Origin: Eledone cirrhosa
Taxonomy: Eukaryota
Length of the DNA stretch: 64,000 bases
Assembly (NCBI GenBank): GCA_964016885.1
Contig: OZ024741.1
Coordinates: forward strand, 388,244,001 to 388,308,000
Direction of reading: 5' to 3'
Position 1 is the first letter of the stretch, and each line of letters begins with the position of its first letter. The notes beneath the pieces were generated by a model. It searched no databases and was not told where the DNA came from. It saw nothing but the letters and a program-made list of their open reading frames with translations. Shown in pieces: positions 62,701 through 64,000 of this stretch. Position numbers and translations under genes: made by a program.

Positions 62701-64000
62701 TCTGCCATACAACACTATCTTACACCACAAAACCCCACACCACTCTGCCATACAACACTACCTTACACCACACAACCTCACACCACTCTGCCATACAACA
62801 CTACCTTACACCACACAACCTCACACCACTCTGCCATACAACACTACCTTACACCACAAAACCCCACACCACTCTGCCATACGACACTACCTTACACCAC
62901 ACAACCTCACACCACTCTGCCATACAACACTACCTTACACCACAAAACCCCACACCACTCTGCCATACGACACTACTTTACACCACACAACCTCACACCA
63001 CTCTGCCATACAACACTACCTTACACCACAAAACCCCACACCACTCTGCCATACAACACTACCTTACACCACACAACCTCACACCACTCTGCCATACAAC
63101 ACTACCTTACACCACACAACCTCACACCACTCTGCCATACAACACTACCTTACACCACAAAACCCCACACCACTCTGCCATACGACACTACCTTACACCA
63201 CACAACCTCACACCACTCTGCCATACAACACTACCTTACACCACAAAACCCCACACCACACTGCCATACAACACTACCTTACACCACACAACCTCACACC
63301 ACACTGCCATACAACACTACCTTACACCACACAACCTCACACCACACTGCCATACAACACTACCTTACACCACACAAACTCACACCACACTGCCATACAA
63401 CACTACCTCACACCACACTGCCATACAACACTACCTTACACCACACAACCTCACACCACACTGCCATACAACACTACCTTACACCACACAACCTCACACC
63501 ACACTGCCATACAAGACTACCTTACACCACACAACCTCACACCACTCTGCCATACAACACTACCTTACACCACAAAACCCCCACACCACTCTGCCATACA
63601 ACACTACCTTACACCACAAAACCCCACACCACTCTGCCATAAAACACTACCTTACACCACACAACCTCACACCACACTGCCATACAACACTACCTTACAC
63701 CACAAAACCCCACACCACTCTGCCATACAACACTACCTTACACCACAAAACCTCACACCACTCTGCCATACAACACTACCTTACACCACACAACCTCACA
63801 CCACTCTGCCATACAACACTACCTTACACCACAGAACCTCACATCACACTGCCATACAACACTACCTTACACCACACAACCTCACACCACACTGCCATAC
63901 AACACTACCTTACACCACAGAACCTCACACCACACTGCCATACAACACTACCTTACACCACACAACCTCACACCACACTGCCATACAACACTACCTTACA
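41738..64000. repeat. 43-bp satellite array, right part (same orientation, runs off the window)
   Basis: Same consensus and the same diagnostic variants as the left part. Confidence 0.98.

Noticed and set aside
7181-64000. CRISPR-like array
   Set aside because: There are no unique spacers and no cas genes, and the context is eukaryotic.
7181-64000. Telomeric repeat (the G strand resembles yeast TG1-3)
   Set aside because: There is no TTAGGG. A C-rich + strand would place the chromosome end on the left, where ordinary sequence lies.

Overview
Eukaryotic, non-genic window. The repeat families look cephalopod (Octopus-like), which is an inference from recalled repeat consensi. Bases 1-7180 are AT-rich sequence carrying several tRNA-derived SINE copies, two inverted copies of an RTE-type 3' tail, and a 5'-truncated, dead RTE-clade LINE (about 5455-7076) ending in (GAT)n. 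From 7181 to the window end is one satellite array of roughly 1,300 units. Its consensus is the 43-mer CTGCCATACAACACTACCTTACACCACACAACCTCACACCACA, with a 28-bp deletion variant, extreme C/A strand skew and nested kb-scale duplications. A 200-N scaffold gap (41538-41737) interrupts it. The long His/Thr/Pro ORFs are artefacts of a stop-free repeat strand. Two things stand out. (1) Read as RNA, the + strand of each unit is a centrally bulged complement of the conserved microRNA let-7, with a perfect 8mer seed site in the CTACCTCA variants, so the array has the architecture of a natural let-7 sponge or decoy; this is unproven and could be chance. (2) Rare variants show that about 18 kb before the gap is represented again after the gap, probably a false or haplotypic duplication.
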